Below are positions 49,407 to 60,325 of a stretch of DNA of 64,000 nucleotides, in pieces. The notes beneath the pieces are model-generated. The model was not told the origin of the DNA. It saw nothing but the letters and a program-made list of their open reading frames with translations, and did no database searches. Location: NCBI GenBank assembly GCA_963816145.1, contig CAWFJP010000014.1:544001-608000 (forward strand), written 5' to 3'. The position numbers and the translations under genes are program-made. The stretch is from an uncultured delta proteobacterium. Lineage in GTDB: Bacteria > Desulfobacterota > Binatia > UBA9968. The number at the start of each line of letters is the position of its first letter. Position 1 is the first letter of the stretch.

Positions 49407-49470
49407 AACCCTAACTATTAAGGGAAGTGCGTATGTGCTGAATATCCCGTCAGGTTATCTCGGATGCAGC
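49407..49470 (-). other. Putative attI site
   Basis: ...GGGATATTCAGCACATACGCACTTCCCTTAATA-GTTAGGGTT: non-palindromic upstream sequence with a GTT core whose 9 nt are complementary to the downstream attC R''. Confidence 0.5.
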
Positions 49471-49798
49471 GCACAGCTAGCGAATCCGATTCAATTGCAA
49501 TATCCACCTGATATCTTCACTAGTCAACAAAAGGTTTTCTGATAAAAGCCGACCGGCTCGGCGGGTAATCTCCCTAACGATCGGCGGGTTATTTCGGTAA
49601 AATCAGCGCACAGTTCCCGCAGGATTGAATTGAACGACGCTTCGGTTCCGTTATCTCTTGACGGGAAGCGGCGGCTATCGATGCCAAATCCAGCGCTGAA
49701 TCCAATTTAAACGTGACCAGCATCGAAGCTGACGGTATGTTCGGTGTCCGGCTCAGCGGAGGATCGCTACGCTGCTTCGTTGAAAGTCGACCTTGCGA

Positions 49799-52068
49799 TC
49801 ACGCCTTCTTCTGCATCGCCGCCAGTACCCGCGCCGGTGTGAACGGCGCTTCGCGGAGGCGAACGCCGACGGCGTCGAAGATTGCGTTGGCGATGGCCGC
49901 GGCGATCGGCGCGCTGGATGGCTCGCCGCCGCCAAGGGCCGGCATCTCCGGGCGATTGATCAGAACGATCTCGATATTCGGCACGTCGGGGAATCTTATC
50001 ACTGGATAGCTTTGCCAATCCAACGTGGTGATTCCGGACGAGTCGAACTTGACTTCCTCCATGAGCGCGCGGCTGACGCCCTGAACGATGTTGCCCTCGA
50101 TCTGGTTTTTCAAACCGTCGGGATTGATGATCAAGCCGCAGTCATGGGACAAGACGAAGCGCTTGACGGCGACTTTGCCCGTGGTCTTATCGACTTCCAG
50201 TTCGGCGACGGCGCCGCAAATCGTTTCGGCGCGATTGGAAATCGCCACGCCACGTCCCGTCGCTTTGGAGCCGCCCGATGCCGGCGCGGGCGAAGGCCGC
50301 TCTTGCCAGTTGGCTTGCTTTACCACCGCCATGAGGGCGTCGGCACCGCGCTTGTTCTCGCCGAGATAGCGCATGCGAAACTGCACGGGATCGACTTTCA
50401 AGTCAGCGGCGATCTCGTCGATAAATGATTCGCTGGCGAAGCAGCGCGCAATATCGCCCGGCGCGCGCAGGTAACCGGTGCGCAGTGGCGTTTCGTCGGC
50501 TTGCACCCAGGCAACCATCGGCGCGGCGCATTTTTGATTTTCGAACGTATACATTTCACCGCCGCCCTGGGTGCCATTGGAGGCGCCGTCAGCCGTCGGC
50601 TTCATTCCGATCTGGCGCGACGCCAGCCGGAAGCGCAGTCCGCGGCCGGAAGAGACGGTGAGCGGCAAGCCTCGATCGGCAAAATCCCAGGCGATGATCT
50701 TACCCTCGCGCGTTTACGCCGGCGCGCGCCAAGTCCAACTGCGCCGGTCCTTTGGGCTCCCAACCATGTTCGTCCTGGCGCATCCATTGGACGCGCACCG
50801 GTTTGCCCACAGCGCGCGACATCAACGCGGCGTCCTCGGCGGCATCGTCGGCGTTCATGCGGCCGTAGCTGCCGGACGCTTCGCGATACAGCACGCGAAC
50901 ATTTTTTCCGGAAAGGCCGAGCAAATTCGGCAACCGCGTCGCGCGTCGCAAATGATCCTTGCGTACCGGTGTAAATCGTCGCGCGATCTTTGGTGACATC
51001 GGCCACCGCGCAGGGCGGCCCCATCATGCCATGCAGTTGAAAGGGCCAGCGATAGGTTGCTTCGTAAGTTTTCTTGGCTTGCGCCAGCGCGCTCTCAGGA
51101 TTGCCCTTGTTGACCGTCACCTGATCGCGCAGGCTCTTGGTATTTTTTATGTAGGTAAAAACTTCTTCGTAGCTCGCCGGCATTTTTGTTGCCGGCTGCG
51201 ACCAGGTCACTTTCAAAGCCCGGGCCGCTTTGATCGCGGCCCACTCGGTCGTGCATACCACGCCGACGAAACTGCCTTCCTGGACAACTTTTACCAGGCC
51301 CGGAATATTTTTGACACTGCTTTCGTCGACGCTCGCCGGTTTCGCGGCGATCGTCGGCGGACGAACCACCCGACCGTGCAACATGCCGGGTATCCGCACG
51401 TCATTGGCGTAAGTAAATTCACCGGTAAGCTTGGGCGGCAGATCGATGCGCTTTTGCGAGGTGCCGACGATCTTGTGATCTTTGACATCTTTGGCGCGCA
51501 CTTCCGGCGCGACTTTCATATCCCAGCCGGTGCCGGTGGCGGTGATTTTGACGTTGAACTTTTTGCCGCCTATCAATTGTCCATACGACACGTTCTTTAC
51601 GCCGTCGCTGACCACACCGTCGGCCACGGTCAGTTTTTCGACCGGCACAGTCAAATGCTTGGCGGCTAGTTTTAACAGCTCTTGCCGCGCTGCCGCGGCG
51701 GCTTGGCGCAGCTGCAGTCCGCCCCGTTCGATGGTGCGGCTGCCGGCTGTGGTGCCTTGATTGATCGCTTTGTTGGTATCCAAACCGATCATGTGCACGC
51801 GGTTAAAAGGCACGTCCAATTCTTCGGCGACGATTTGCGCCAGCGCGGTTTCCACGCCGGTGCCGAGGTCGACCTTGCCGCTGAACACCGTGATCGTGCC
51901 GTCCGGTGCCACCGCAAGCCAGGAGTCGAGCTGGGTCGGATCGGCGTCAATGCCGGGGCCAACAGTCGATTGGCTTGATGCCGAGAGCGTGGGCAGCAAG
52001 TTGAAACTGACAATCAATCCGCCAGTGGTCTTGAGAAATTGTCTGCGAGTGATTTCCACAGTTTTCAT
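49799..52068 (-). CDS. Molybdopterin oxidoreductase large subunit (isoquinoline oxidoreductase/NicB-like; frameshifted)
   Basis: Tat-like TRRQFLK, GKVDLGTG..TA..QI.AEEL, GMLHGRVVRPP, LRAPG, HDCGL.INPDG..NQIEG, GGGEP. Confidence 0.88.
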
Positions 52069-52080
52069 TGTGATCGCTCC

Positions 52081-52546
52081 TTAGGTCAGCTGGCCCGATG
52101 CCCGTTTGACCGCGCGAACAATTCGCAGATGCGTGCCGCAGCGGCACAGGTTGCCGGCCAGAGTTTCTTTGATCTGCGCGTCGTTCGGCCTCGGATTCTT
52201 ATCGAGCAAGGCCTTGGTGGTCATGATCATGCCGTTGATGCAGTAGCCGCATTGGACGGCTTGCTCGTCGACGAAATGCTTGCTGGATCTTGTGCAGCTT
52301 CTTGGTGTTGCCCAAGCCCTCGAGGGTGGTGACGGCTTTGTTCTGCGCAGTGGCGACCGGGGTGACGCAAGACCGGATCGCGACGCCGTCCATGATCACG
52401 GCGCAGGCGCCGCATTGGGCCAGGCCGCAGCCGAACTTGGGGCCGTTGAGTTGTAAATCATTGCGCAGGGCGTAGAGCAGCGGCATTTCGGGGTCGGCGT
52501 CAACGGCATGTGATTTGCCGTTTACGCGCAGGGTCATCTTGGCCAT
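52081..52546 (-). CDS. (2Fe-2S)-binding small subunit (frameshifted)
   Basis: KFGCGLAQCGAC, RSC, TTLEGL; QCGYC and NLCRCG in a second frame. Confidence 0.9.
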
Positions 52547-52611
52547 GGGGCGCTCCAGTGTGAGAGATTACTTCGTCTATAACATGCGAGTTACCCTCTG
52601 TGAATTGTTGC

Positions 52612-53479
52612 TTAACTCTTCGCCAGCGATATGGCGATGGTGCCGGCGACCACGAGAATCGCGCCGATGACGGTCCGGGTGGTGATCTTTTCGACGTCGC
52701 GTAAAAACAGCTTGCTACCGATCACGACCCAGAGCGGCAGGGTGGCAGTTAGCGGGGTGACCATGACCACCGGGCCGAAGCTCAGTGCGTAGAGCACGAG
52801 CAGCAAGCCGAGGGATTCGAGCGAACCGCCGACGATGAAGTAGCCGATGGATTGGCGATGCCAGACCAGTCTGTCCTTGGTCGTGGGCGAGGCGAGAAAG
52901 ATCGCCGTGCAAAGTAATCCGACAACGCCGACGATGGCGCCGAAGTAGATCGGGTCGTCGGAAAACTTCAATGCGTAGCGGCGCAGCGGATAAATCACGC
53001 CGCCGAGAATTGCCGCGAGCAGCGGCGCGATCACATACCACGGGCGAAAATCTGTGACATTTTCCTCGCTGCGCCAGGAGATCAACAGAATGCCGCAGAC
53101 CACCAACAGGGTGCCGAGAGCGATGGGCAACGTGATGCGCTCGCCGAGGAACAGTATCGCTACCGCTGCGCTCCACAGTGGCACCGAGGCGCGGATCGGT
53201 CCGCTGCGCGCGGCGCCGATTTTTTCGATGCCGATATAGGTCAATTGGCGCACGACCATTTGCAGCACGCCGGCGACGATGAAGAGAAGATAGACGAACG
53301 GTGTGGTCGCCGGGATACCGGTGAAGAACAATACGATCGTAAACAAAACCAGCGTCTGCATGAGCAGCGAGACGAAGGTGATCGTGATCGGTGTCGAATA
53401 GCGCATACCGCGCTTCGACAGAATGAAGCTCAAGGCGTAGACGATGGCCGCCGCGACGAGCGATGATTTGGGCGGTCAT
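52612..53479 (-). CDS. DMT/EamA transporter
   Basis: 10-TM EamA pattern, ILFLGER, FLRDVE; N-terminal frameshift. Confidence 0.88.
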
Positions 53480-53494
53480 GCAACTCTACTTAGG

Positions 53495-53666
53495 AATCGG
53501 AGTATTTCCCGCAAAGGCGCCAAGGCGCAAAGGTTAGAAAAAGGAAAAATTTGTCATTTCGACCGAAGGGAGAAATCTGTCGTGGATGCTTGCAGTCACT
53601 CCGGATGACGGGCCTTGCCCGTCACCATGCGCCTTCGCGCCTTTGCGGGTGGAACATCCGAATCCG
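53495..53666 (+). repeat. Composite REP-like element (copy 2)
   Basis: CGCAAAGGCGCCAAGGCGCAAAG...GTCATTTCGACCGAAGGGAGAAATCT...GGATGACGGGC...GCGCCTTTGCGG. Confidence 0.75.
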
Positions 53667-53739
53667 CAAACCAACGAGTTCTCTCTGTGCGCTCAGCGTC
53701 TCTGCGGTGAAAGTTCCGACTCTTTGCGCGAAGTCTTTA

Positions 53740-55009
53740 TCACGCGTTCGCTGGTTTGGCTTCTTCCTTGACGAACAACAGGAGGATCATTCCGGCGATG
53801 TAGGTTCCGGCCGCGATATAGAACGCCGGGGTGAAACCGTAGTGCTGCATCACATAGCCGATAATCAAGGTCCAGATCGGGCCGGAGATGAAGCCGACGA
53901 AATAGTAGATCGAAAAAGCCGCGTCGATCAGTTCTTCGCTGGCGTAGTCGCCGATCATCGTCTGGGTCAGCGCGCCGCGCGCTTGGACGAAGGCGCCGTA
54001 GAGCAACAGGTTGGCGTAAAAGAGAATGGTCAAAGACGAATGCTGCACTAGCAAGACCGTCATCACAGCGGACAGCAGCAAGGTGAGCTGCGTGATGCCT
54101 TTGCGCTTGCCGGTGCGGTCGGAGAGCCAGGCGATCAGCATTGGACCGATCAAGCCGGCCGATTGCATGAGCGTCAATATAAAGCCGCCGCTCGACGCAG
54201 TGACGTCAAATTTCTGCATGAAGAAGGGCACCAGGTAAGTCATGTTGACGCCGGTGCCGCGACCCGCCGCGCCGGCCATCAGCACCAACGAGGTAAACAG
54301 GATGTTGCGGTTCTTCAAGCATTGAAGATAGGCGTCGAAGCCGGCTTTGGCTTTTTTCCTGCCGCCGGCGATTTCATTGGCGCCGCCGGCATGGTCGCGC
54401 ACGGCGAACAGCGTGAGCCCCATGATCAAGCTGAGGGCGCCGAACAGGACAAAAGCGCTGCGCCAATCCATATAAAGCAGGGCGAAGGATGCCGCTGCCG
54501 GCCCGATGAAAGATCCGAGATTGCCCGCCGAATGATGAAACGTCAGCGCCCAGCCGCGTGATTGCGGGTAGTAGCGCGACAAGATGCTCGACCCGAGGGG
54601 ATGCTGCGGACTGGAGCCGGCATCGATGGCGACGCGGGCGACGACCAGTTGCGGATAGCTGCCGATGAAATACTGCGACATGGCGGTGATGCCGACGACG
54701 ACATTGCCGAGGGCGAGCATGGTACTGCGTTTGAAGAAGTTCGCCAGAAAGCCGTAGATCACCTGCAGTCCTTGGCCGACGAAACTCGACAAGGCTGAAA
54801 TGAAGCCCAAGCCGACCAAGCCGAAGCCGAGTTCGGTCATCATCACCGGAAAAATTACCGACGTGATGCTGTATTGAAGATGATTCAAGACATGGCAGCT
54901 GCTGATCAAACCGAGGGCGACTCGCTTCTGGTGAATCGTCGCTTCCAGCGTGGCTGTCGCGGCGCCGGCCGCGACTGGTTGCTTCGACGGTGGTGGATGA
55001 GTCGCTCAT
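53740..55009 (-). CDS. MFS transporter
   Basis: 12-TM; HP, RGWAL, SDRTGKR; N-terminal frameshift. Confidence 0.88.
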
Positions 55010-55072
55010 GTTCGATCGTCTATCTGACGTTTGTCGGATCAGATTGGGTTTACAGTCAAGAGGCGCCGGCTG

Positions 55073-56623
55073 TCAAATCGATTTGCCATTTTGTCCGGAG
55101 CTCTCGCCGGTAGATTCGCGCGCCATAAAAAAGCTTGCGCCGACGGCCAGTAGCATGAGCACCAAACCGGTGAGGAAGGCGCACCACAAGGCATCGCCGA
55201 GGCTTGCGGTCAAGCTCGGCAAAAGCTCCGCGGGGATCTGCGCGCGCGTGACGGGCTCGAGCAGATTCTGCGGATTGGCGAGCTTGTTCCAGAGAGTTTC
55301 GTCCACTTGCGCATGGGCGGCGCGTAGTTGGCTAAGCGTTTGTTGCATGCGTGCGAGCATCACCGTGCCCATCAGGCTCACCGCAAAGGCGCTGCCGAAG
55401 GTGCGGAACAGCATGATCGTCGAAGTGGCGACGCCGATGCGTTGCGGCGCCACCGCGCTCTGCGCCGCGACCAGGGTCGTCAGATTGGCCATGCCCATCC
55501 CTAGACCGATGGCGCTCGCGCTGGCAATTGCCGCGGCGACGCCGTTGCCGAACAGCGGCGCGACAAACAGCAGATAGCCGAGGCTCAGCAACGCCGCACC
55601 CAGACCGGCGACCGCGCGATAACCGATAGTGTTGATCCAGCGGCCGGCGACTAAGCTGCCGACCGTCCAGAAACTGCTGAGCACCAGTATCACCAGACCG
55701 GCACGCGAAGCGGCGAAGCCAAGTACCCCCTGCAGATAAAGCGGAAGGTAGCTGATCGCGCCAAATACGCCCATGGCGCTAAGCGTCGCGACCACCGTGG
55801 AGGCCTTGTAGAGGCCGCTGGCGAACAAGTCGAGCGGCAGGAGCGGCTCGGCTGCGCGCCGCTCGATGAAATAGAAAATCATCAGGACGAGCACACCGGC
55901 GCCGATGAAGCCGGCGGTTTCGCCGGTGATCGCCCGATGGGCGTGGGCGCTTTGCGCGAGGGCGTAGAAAATGAGCAGCAGGCCGATCAGCAAAGCCGCC
56001 GCGCCCATGAGATCGAGTTTGGTCCGGCGGCGCTCGCTCGGCTTCTCTTTGAGTCCGATGACTATGAGAGCGGTGGCGATGGCGATCAGCGGCAAGTTGA
56101 CGAAAAAGATCCAGCGCCAACTGGTGTGTTCGACGATGACGCCGCCGGCAAGCGGACCGAGGACCGATGCCACGCCCCAGAGGCCGCTGATCAAGCCCTG
56201 CATCTTGGCGCGTTGGTCGGCGGGAAAGATGACGCCGATGACGATAAACGACAGCGCGTAAATCGCGCCGCCGCCGAGTCCTTGGACGGCGCGGAAAACG
56301 ATCATCGCTTCCATGCTCTGGGCCGCGCCGCACAGGGTCGAGCCGATGAGAAAAATCGCGATGCCGATAAGCATCAAGCGGCGCTTGCTGTATAGGTCGG
56401 CGAGTTTGCCGAAGACCGGCGTGGTCAGCGCCGAGGTCAGCATGTAGATCGAAAACACCCAGCTATAGAGGTCCAAACCGCCTAATCTGGCGACGATGGT
56501 CGGCATCGACGTGCTGACGATGGTGGCGTCGATGGCGAAAAGAAAAATCACCACCATGACGCCGACGGCGGCGAAATTGCGATTCGAGTTGTCTATTTGC
56601 TGCTGTATTTGCGCGGATGCCAC
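55073..56623 (-). CDS. DHA2 (14-TM) MFS drug efflux-type transporter
   Basis: DATIVSTSMP.I, GKLADLY, RAVQGLGGG, LGPLAGG.I.....WRWIFFVNLP. Confidence 0.93.
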   Translation of the reverse strand: MASAQIQQQIDNSNRNFAAVGVMVVIFLFAIDATIVSTSMPTIVARLGGLDLYSWVFSIYMLTSALTTPVFGKLADLYSKRRLMLIGIAIFLIGSTLCGAAQSMEAMIVFRAVQGLGGGAIYALSFIVIGVIFPADQRAKMQGLISGLWGVASVLGPLAGGVIVEHTSWRWIFFVNLPLIAIATALIVIGLKEKPSERRRTKLDLMGAAALLIGLLLIFYALAQSAHAHRAITGETAGFIGAGVLVLMIFYFIERRAAEPLLPLDLFASGLYKASTVVATLSAMGVFGAISYLPLYLQGVLGFAASRAGLVILVLSSFWTVGSLVAGRWINTIGYRAVAGLGAALLSLGYLLFVAPLFGNGVAAAIASASAIGLGMGMANLTTLVAAQSAVAPQRIGVATSTIMLFRTFGSAFAVSLMGTVMLARMQQTLSQLRAAHAQVDETLWNKLANPQNLLEPVTRAQIPAELLPSLTASLGDALWCAFLTGLVLMLLAVGASFFMARESTGESSGQNGKSI

Positions 56624-56682
56624 TGGGTTAATGTCCCTTTAGGGGTTGGTTGAAATCCCTCGCCCTCAGGCGAAGAGAAGGT

Positions 56683-56768
56683 TTGTCATGCCGGCGCAGG
56701 CCGGCATCCATCTTTGCCTGTGCTGGAAAACAAAAAAATCTGGATTCCGACCTGCGCCGGAATGACGA
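56683..56768. repeat. REP doublet
   Basis: GTCATGCCGGCGCAGGCCGGCATCCA...TGGATTCCGACCTGCGCCGGAATGAC; a second degenerate pair at ~56962-57046. Confidence 0.75.
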
Positions 56769-57109
56769 ATACAAGAGTCGACTTCCAGCCGACAAATTCA
56801 GAAGCCCTCGAATTAAAGCAGAGGGTAATTCAGTTTGATTTTGGCTGGAGAGAATTTTGTTTTCTATGAGTTGACCTAGTTCGCTGTGGGAGTCAAGCAA
56901 AGCCGGTGGCTTTTGACTGCTTCATCGGGCAAGAGTAAAACTGCTGTCGCAACGGGCGTGTCTGTCCTGCCCGCGCCCGCGGGCATCGAGGCTAATTGTC
57001 GTGCAAAAACATAACGAACTTGGATTCCCGCTTCTCGCGGGAATGCCAGAGAATGAGGCAACAGTTTATCGAAATTGTTGAGCCTATATAGTTTGCATCT
57101 GGAGGAGCT

Positions 57110-58114
57110 ATGACAAGCATTCGCATATTGGCAGCGGTGTATCTGTTTGTTGCCATCATTTTTGTTCAAGCAAGCCACGGACAGATTACGCCGCAGCAGA
57201 TCGAGGCGGCCAAGAAGGAAGGCGAGGTGGCGTTTTACGGTGCGTTGCCGGTCACCATCGTCAAGCGCATCAGCGATGCTTTCGAAAAGAAGTACGGCAT
57301 CGCGGTCAAACATTGGCGCGGCGACGCCACCGAGATCGTCAACCGCGTGCTCACCGAGGCGCGCGCCGGCCGGCCGATCTTCGACTCGACGCTCGGCAAC
57401 GAAGCGGTGATGCAGGCGCTCGACGAAAAGGGTATTCTCGGAGTCTTCGATCCGCCGGCGGCTAAAGGTTATCCAAAACAGTTTCGCGATCCCGATATGC
57501 GCATGACCGCTTGGCGTGTCTTGCCCTACGGCATTAACTACAACTATCAGATGGTGAAAGCCGAGGAGGCGCCGAAGTCTTTTGACGAACTATTACAGCC
57601 CAAGTGGAAAGGCAAATTCGGCATTGCCAACCCCGGCATTCACGTGACCACGCTGCAATTTGTTTTGAGCCTCGACAAGCTTTACGGTCCCAAGTGGTTA
57701 AAGTTGGTCGAGGGTTGGGCGAAACAAGAGCCGCGCGTCGGCCGCAGCCTGGCGGATCTGATTCAACCGATGACCAGCGGTGAGATCCCGGTCGCCATCG
57801 GCTACATCAAGGACAAGTTCCAATATCCCGGCCCCATCGAGTATGTGCGCATGCCGAAGTATCTGGCATCGGTGGGATTTATCGCCATCAACAAGCAGGC
57901 GCCCCATGCCAACGCCGCCAAGCTGTTCACCGATTACTTTCTTGGCGCCGAGGCCCAGCGCGTTGTCGGCGAGACCGGCGAATATGTGTTTCACCCCGAG
58001 GTCGAGCACAAATTCAAAAAAGACGTGAAGGACGATCAGATCGTCACCATGAAGCTGCCGACCAATGACGAAATGGAGAACTGGGGCAAAAAGTTTCGCG
58101 AGATGTTCCGGTAG
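57110..58114 (+). CDS. Extracellular solute-binding protein (iron-type)
   Basis: Signal peptide, EAAKKEG.V..Y, LLQPKWKGK, APHANAAKLF.DY. Confidence 0.9.
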   Translation: MTSIRILAAVYLFVAIIFVQASHGQITPQQIEAAKKEGEVAFYGALPVTIVKRISDAFEKKYGIAVKHWRGDATEIVNRVLTEARAGRPIFDSTLGNEAVMQALDEKGILGVFDPPAAKGYPKQFRDPDMRMTAWRVLPYGINYNYQMVKAEEAPKSFDELLQPKWKGKFGIANPGIHVTTLQFVLSLDKLYGPKWLKLVEGWAKQEPRVGRSLADLIQPMTSGEIPVAIGYIKDKFQYPGPIEYVRMPKYLASVGFIAINKQAPHANAAKLFTDYFLGAEAQRVVGETGEYVFHPEVEHKFKKDVKDDQIVTMKLPTNDEMENWGKKFREMFR

Positions 58115-58149
58115 GACGGTGATAGAGAGTTGAGACAGAGACAGAGATT

Positions 58150-58220
58150 ATCGGATTGGAGTGATGGAGCGTCGGGCGATTGAATCAACATTCCATTACT
58201 CCAATACTCCATCACTCCGT
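58150..58220. repeat. Inverted TGGAGTAA/TACTCCA 8-mer periodic repeat
   Basis: ttggagtgatggagcg...ttccattactccaatactccatcactcc; second copy at 60698-60795. Confidence 0.7.
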
Positions 58221-58240
58221 CGGCTGAACCGAGGTGCGAG

Positions 58241-59032
58241 ATGTTTGAATTGGCCAAAATTCCTTTTACTGAAGTGAAGCGGTTGGCCGACGGCGGCCGG
58301 GCGCTGACGATTCTTCCGGTCGGCGTGGTCGAGGAGCATGGCGCGCATTTGCCGCTGGGTTTGGATTCCTTTGCGGCGGAAGTTTACACCGCATCGGCGG
58401 CACCGCACTTGGAAGCGGCCGGCTATGACGTCGTGGTCGCGCCGACGATCAACTACGGCGTGGCGCGGGCGGCCATCGACTTTCCAGGAACATTATCGCT
58501 GGAGCCGGAGACGTTACGCTCGATGGTCGTCGAAATCGGCCGGTCGCTCGCGCGCCATGGGCTGAACCGTCTCGTCATTCTCAACGGCCATCGCGATCTG
58601 CATCATATGAAAGCGCTCGACGACGCCCGGGCGATTCTCGCCTCAGAGCACGATTTCAAGGTTTTGGTCGTCGGCTTCGCGCACGATCCTGAAATGACCG
58701 CGGCCTGTTACCGTGACGGCGTCAAGCAATTCTACCAAAGCCCGCGGCCGGATCGCGAGGGGCATGGCGGCGAGTCGGAGACTTCGGTGGCGCTGCACAG
58801 TTTTCCCGAGTTGGTGAAGCGGGAAATTATCGGCGAGCTAACGCCCAACTTCGATTACGACGTCGAGGCATTTCGCAATGAAACCAAAGATTATGGCAGC
58901 ATTAGCGATGGCCGCGGCTACTTCGGCTGGCCGCAAGCGGCGACGGCGGAAACTGGCGAAAAATTGGTTGCGATCCGCGGGGCTAATATCGCTAATGTGA
59001 TTTTGAAGGCTTGGGGTAAGCCGGTCTCGTGA
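58241..59032 (+). CDS. Creatininase/creatinine amidohydrolase family protein
   Basis: PVG.VEEHG.HLPLG.D, FPGT.S, NGH, HGG..ETS. Confidence 0.93.
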   Translation: MFELAKIPFTEVKRLADGGRALTILPVGVVEEHGAHLPLGLDSFAAEVYTASAAPHLEAAGYDVVVAPTINYGVARAAIDFPGTLSLEPETLRSMVVEIGRSLARHGLNRLVILNGHRDLHHMKALDDARAILASEHDFKVLVVGFAHDPEMTAACYRDGVKQFYQSPRPDREGHGGESETSVALHSFPELVKREIIGELTPNFDYDVEAFRNETKDYGSISDGRGYFGWPQAATAETGEKLVAIRGANIANVILKAWGKPVS

Positions 59033-59085
59033 TCGTGTTCGATCCGGATAATGATCACGCTCACGAGTCACGAACACGAGTGCTA

Positions 59086-59946
59086 TTACACTTGCGAGAT
59101 CACGATCACGCCCGCCACCACTAAAACCGTTCCGACGATGGTCGCGAAGTTGATCTGTTCGACTTCGCGGAGAAACAGTGCGCCGATCATTAGCGTCCAG
59201 ATCGGCACGGTCGCCGAGATCGGCGAGACGATGTAGACCGGTCCCGAGGCAAATGCCACCAGCATGAACAGCACGGCGAGGGTTTCAAATATCCCTGAGA
59301 GAACCAGCGGCCAAAAGGCGCGGCGGTCCCACACCAGTTTGTCGGGGCAAGCTGGCGACGCGTAGAAAGCGGCAAAGGAGAGTAGCGCAATCGGACCGAC
59401 AAGAGCGGCAAGCAGCAGCGGTTCGTGGGATTGCAGCAGCGCATAGCGCCGCAGCGGATGAACGATGGTCGTCAGCAGCACGGTGGCGATGGGATAAAAA
59501 AGATAGACCCAGCGGAACGAGGGCACGTTACGGTCCATGCGCCACGAAGTCAGGATGATGCCGCCGACCACCAGCAGCGTTCCGGCCATGCCCAAGAGCG
59601 TCAATGGCTCGCCGAGAAAAACGATGCCCGCGATCACGGTGAGAAACGGATACGAATTCCTCAACGTGACTGCCCGCGACGTGCCGATCTTGTGGATGCC
59701 GGTATAGTGAAAATGACGGATGCCGGGCTGGAGCAAGCCGGTGATGGCGATGGCAATTACAGCGCCGGTCGCAACCGGCGGGATGCCGCCGGTGGCAAAT
59801 ACCGCGATCCAGAGGACTACGCTGTGAATCGCCAGCGACACGAAGGTGGCCGTCAGCGGTGTCGTAAATGCAAAGCCGCGCTTGACCGACACATTGGAGC
59901 AGGCGAAGGCGAATGCGGTGAGAAGCGCGAAGAGTTGGGCTTTCAT
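59086..59946 (-). CDS. DMT/EamA transporter
   Basis: 10-TM; similar to 52612-53479. Confidence 0.9.
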   Translation of the reverse strand: MKAQLFALLTAFAFACSNVSVKRGFAFTTPLTATFVSLAIHSVVLWIAVFATGGIPPVATGAVIAIAITGLLQPGIRHFHYTGIHKIGTSRAVTLRNSYPFLTVIAGIVFLGEPLTLLGMAGTLLVVGGIILTSWRMDRNVPSFRWVYLFYPIATVLLTTIVHPLRRYALLQSHEPLLLAALVGPIALLSFAAFYASPACPDKLVWDRRAFWPLVLSGIFETLAVLFMLVAFASGPVYIVSPISATVPIWTLMIGALFLREVEQINFATIVGTVLVVAGVIVISQV

Positions 59947-60089
59947 GAAGTGCGATCGTGAATGTAAGTCGCGCTAACTTACCTCAGTTCGACTTGCGGG
60001 GAAACGGTTGCAATGAATTCGCGGAGCGATTGCAATTAAGCGCTGAGGCGGAGTAAGAGTTGGCGCATCGCTCAGTGTGGCCCAGTCGC

Positions 60090-60257
60090 ACCCGGAAGCC
60101 GGATTGTCTCCCGCAAAGGCGCCAAGGTGCAAAGGTGACGGGCCGATGCCCGTCATCCAGAAGGAAAGCGAGGGATCCAACGGAGATTTCGCCGTCCGAT
60201 CGAAAAGACAAGGATTCCGAACTTGGCGCCTTAGCGAGAGAAAGAGCCGAATCCGAG
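60090..60257 (-). repeat. Composite REP-like element (copy 3, inverted)
   Basis: CCGCAAAGGCGCCAAGGTGCAAAGGTGACGGGCC..GCCCGTCATCC..GAGGGATC..AGATTTC..GACA..CTTGGCGCC. Confidence 0.7.
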
Positions 60258-60325
60258 ACAGGGAAATTTGCTCAAGCCCCAGAAAATTCGAACTATGCTA
60301 AAGCATTAAATTTAAGGAGGTTGCC

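Larger units (their letters stand above)
48116..49632 (-). mobile_element. Integrase-less integron cassette array bounded by 16-bp inverted repeats
   Basis: IRs CAATTCAATCCTGAGG (48116-48131) and CCGCAGGATTGAATTG (49617-49632); contains attC sites and two co-oriented ORFans. Confidence 0.65.

Noticed and set aside
49633-49798. Remnant of intI beyond the attI-like site
   Set aside because: No frame resembles a tyrosine-recombinase N-terminus
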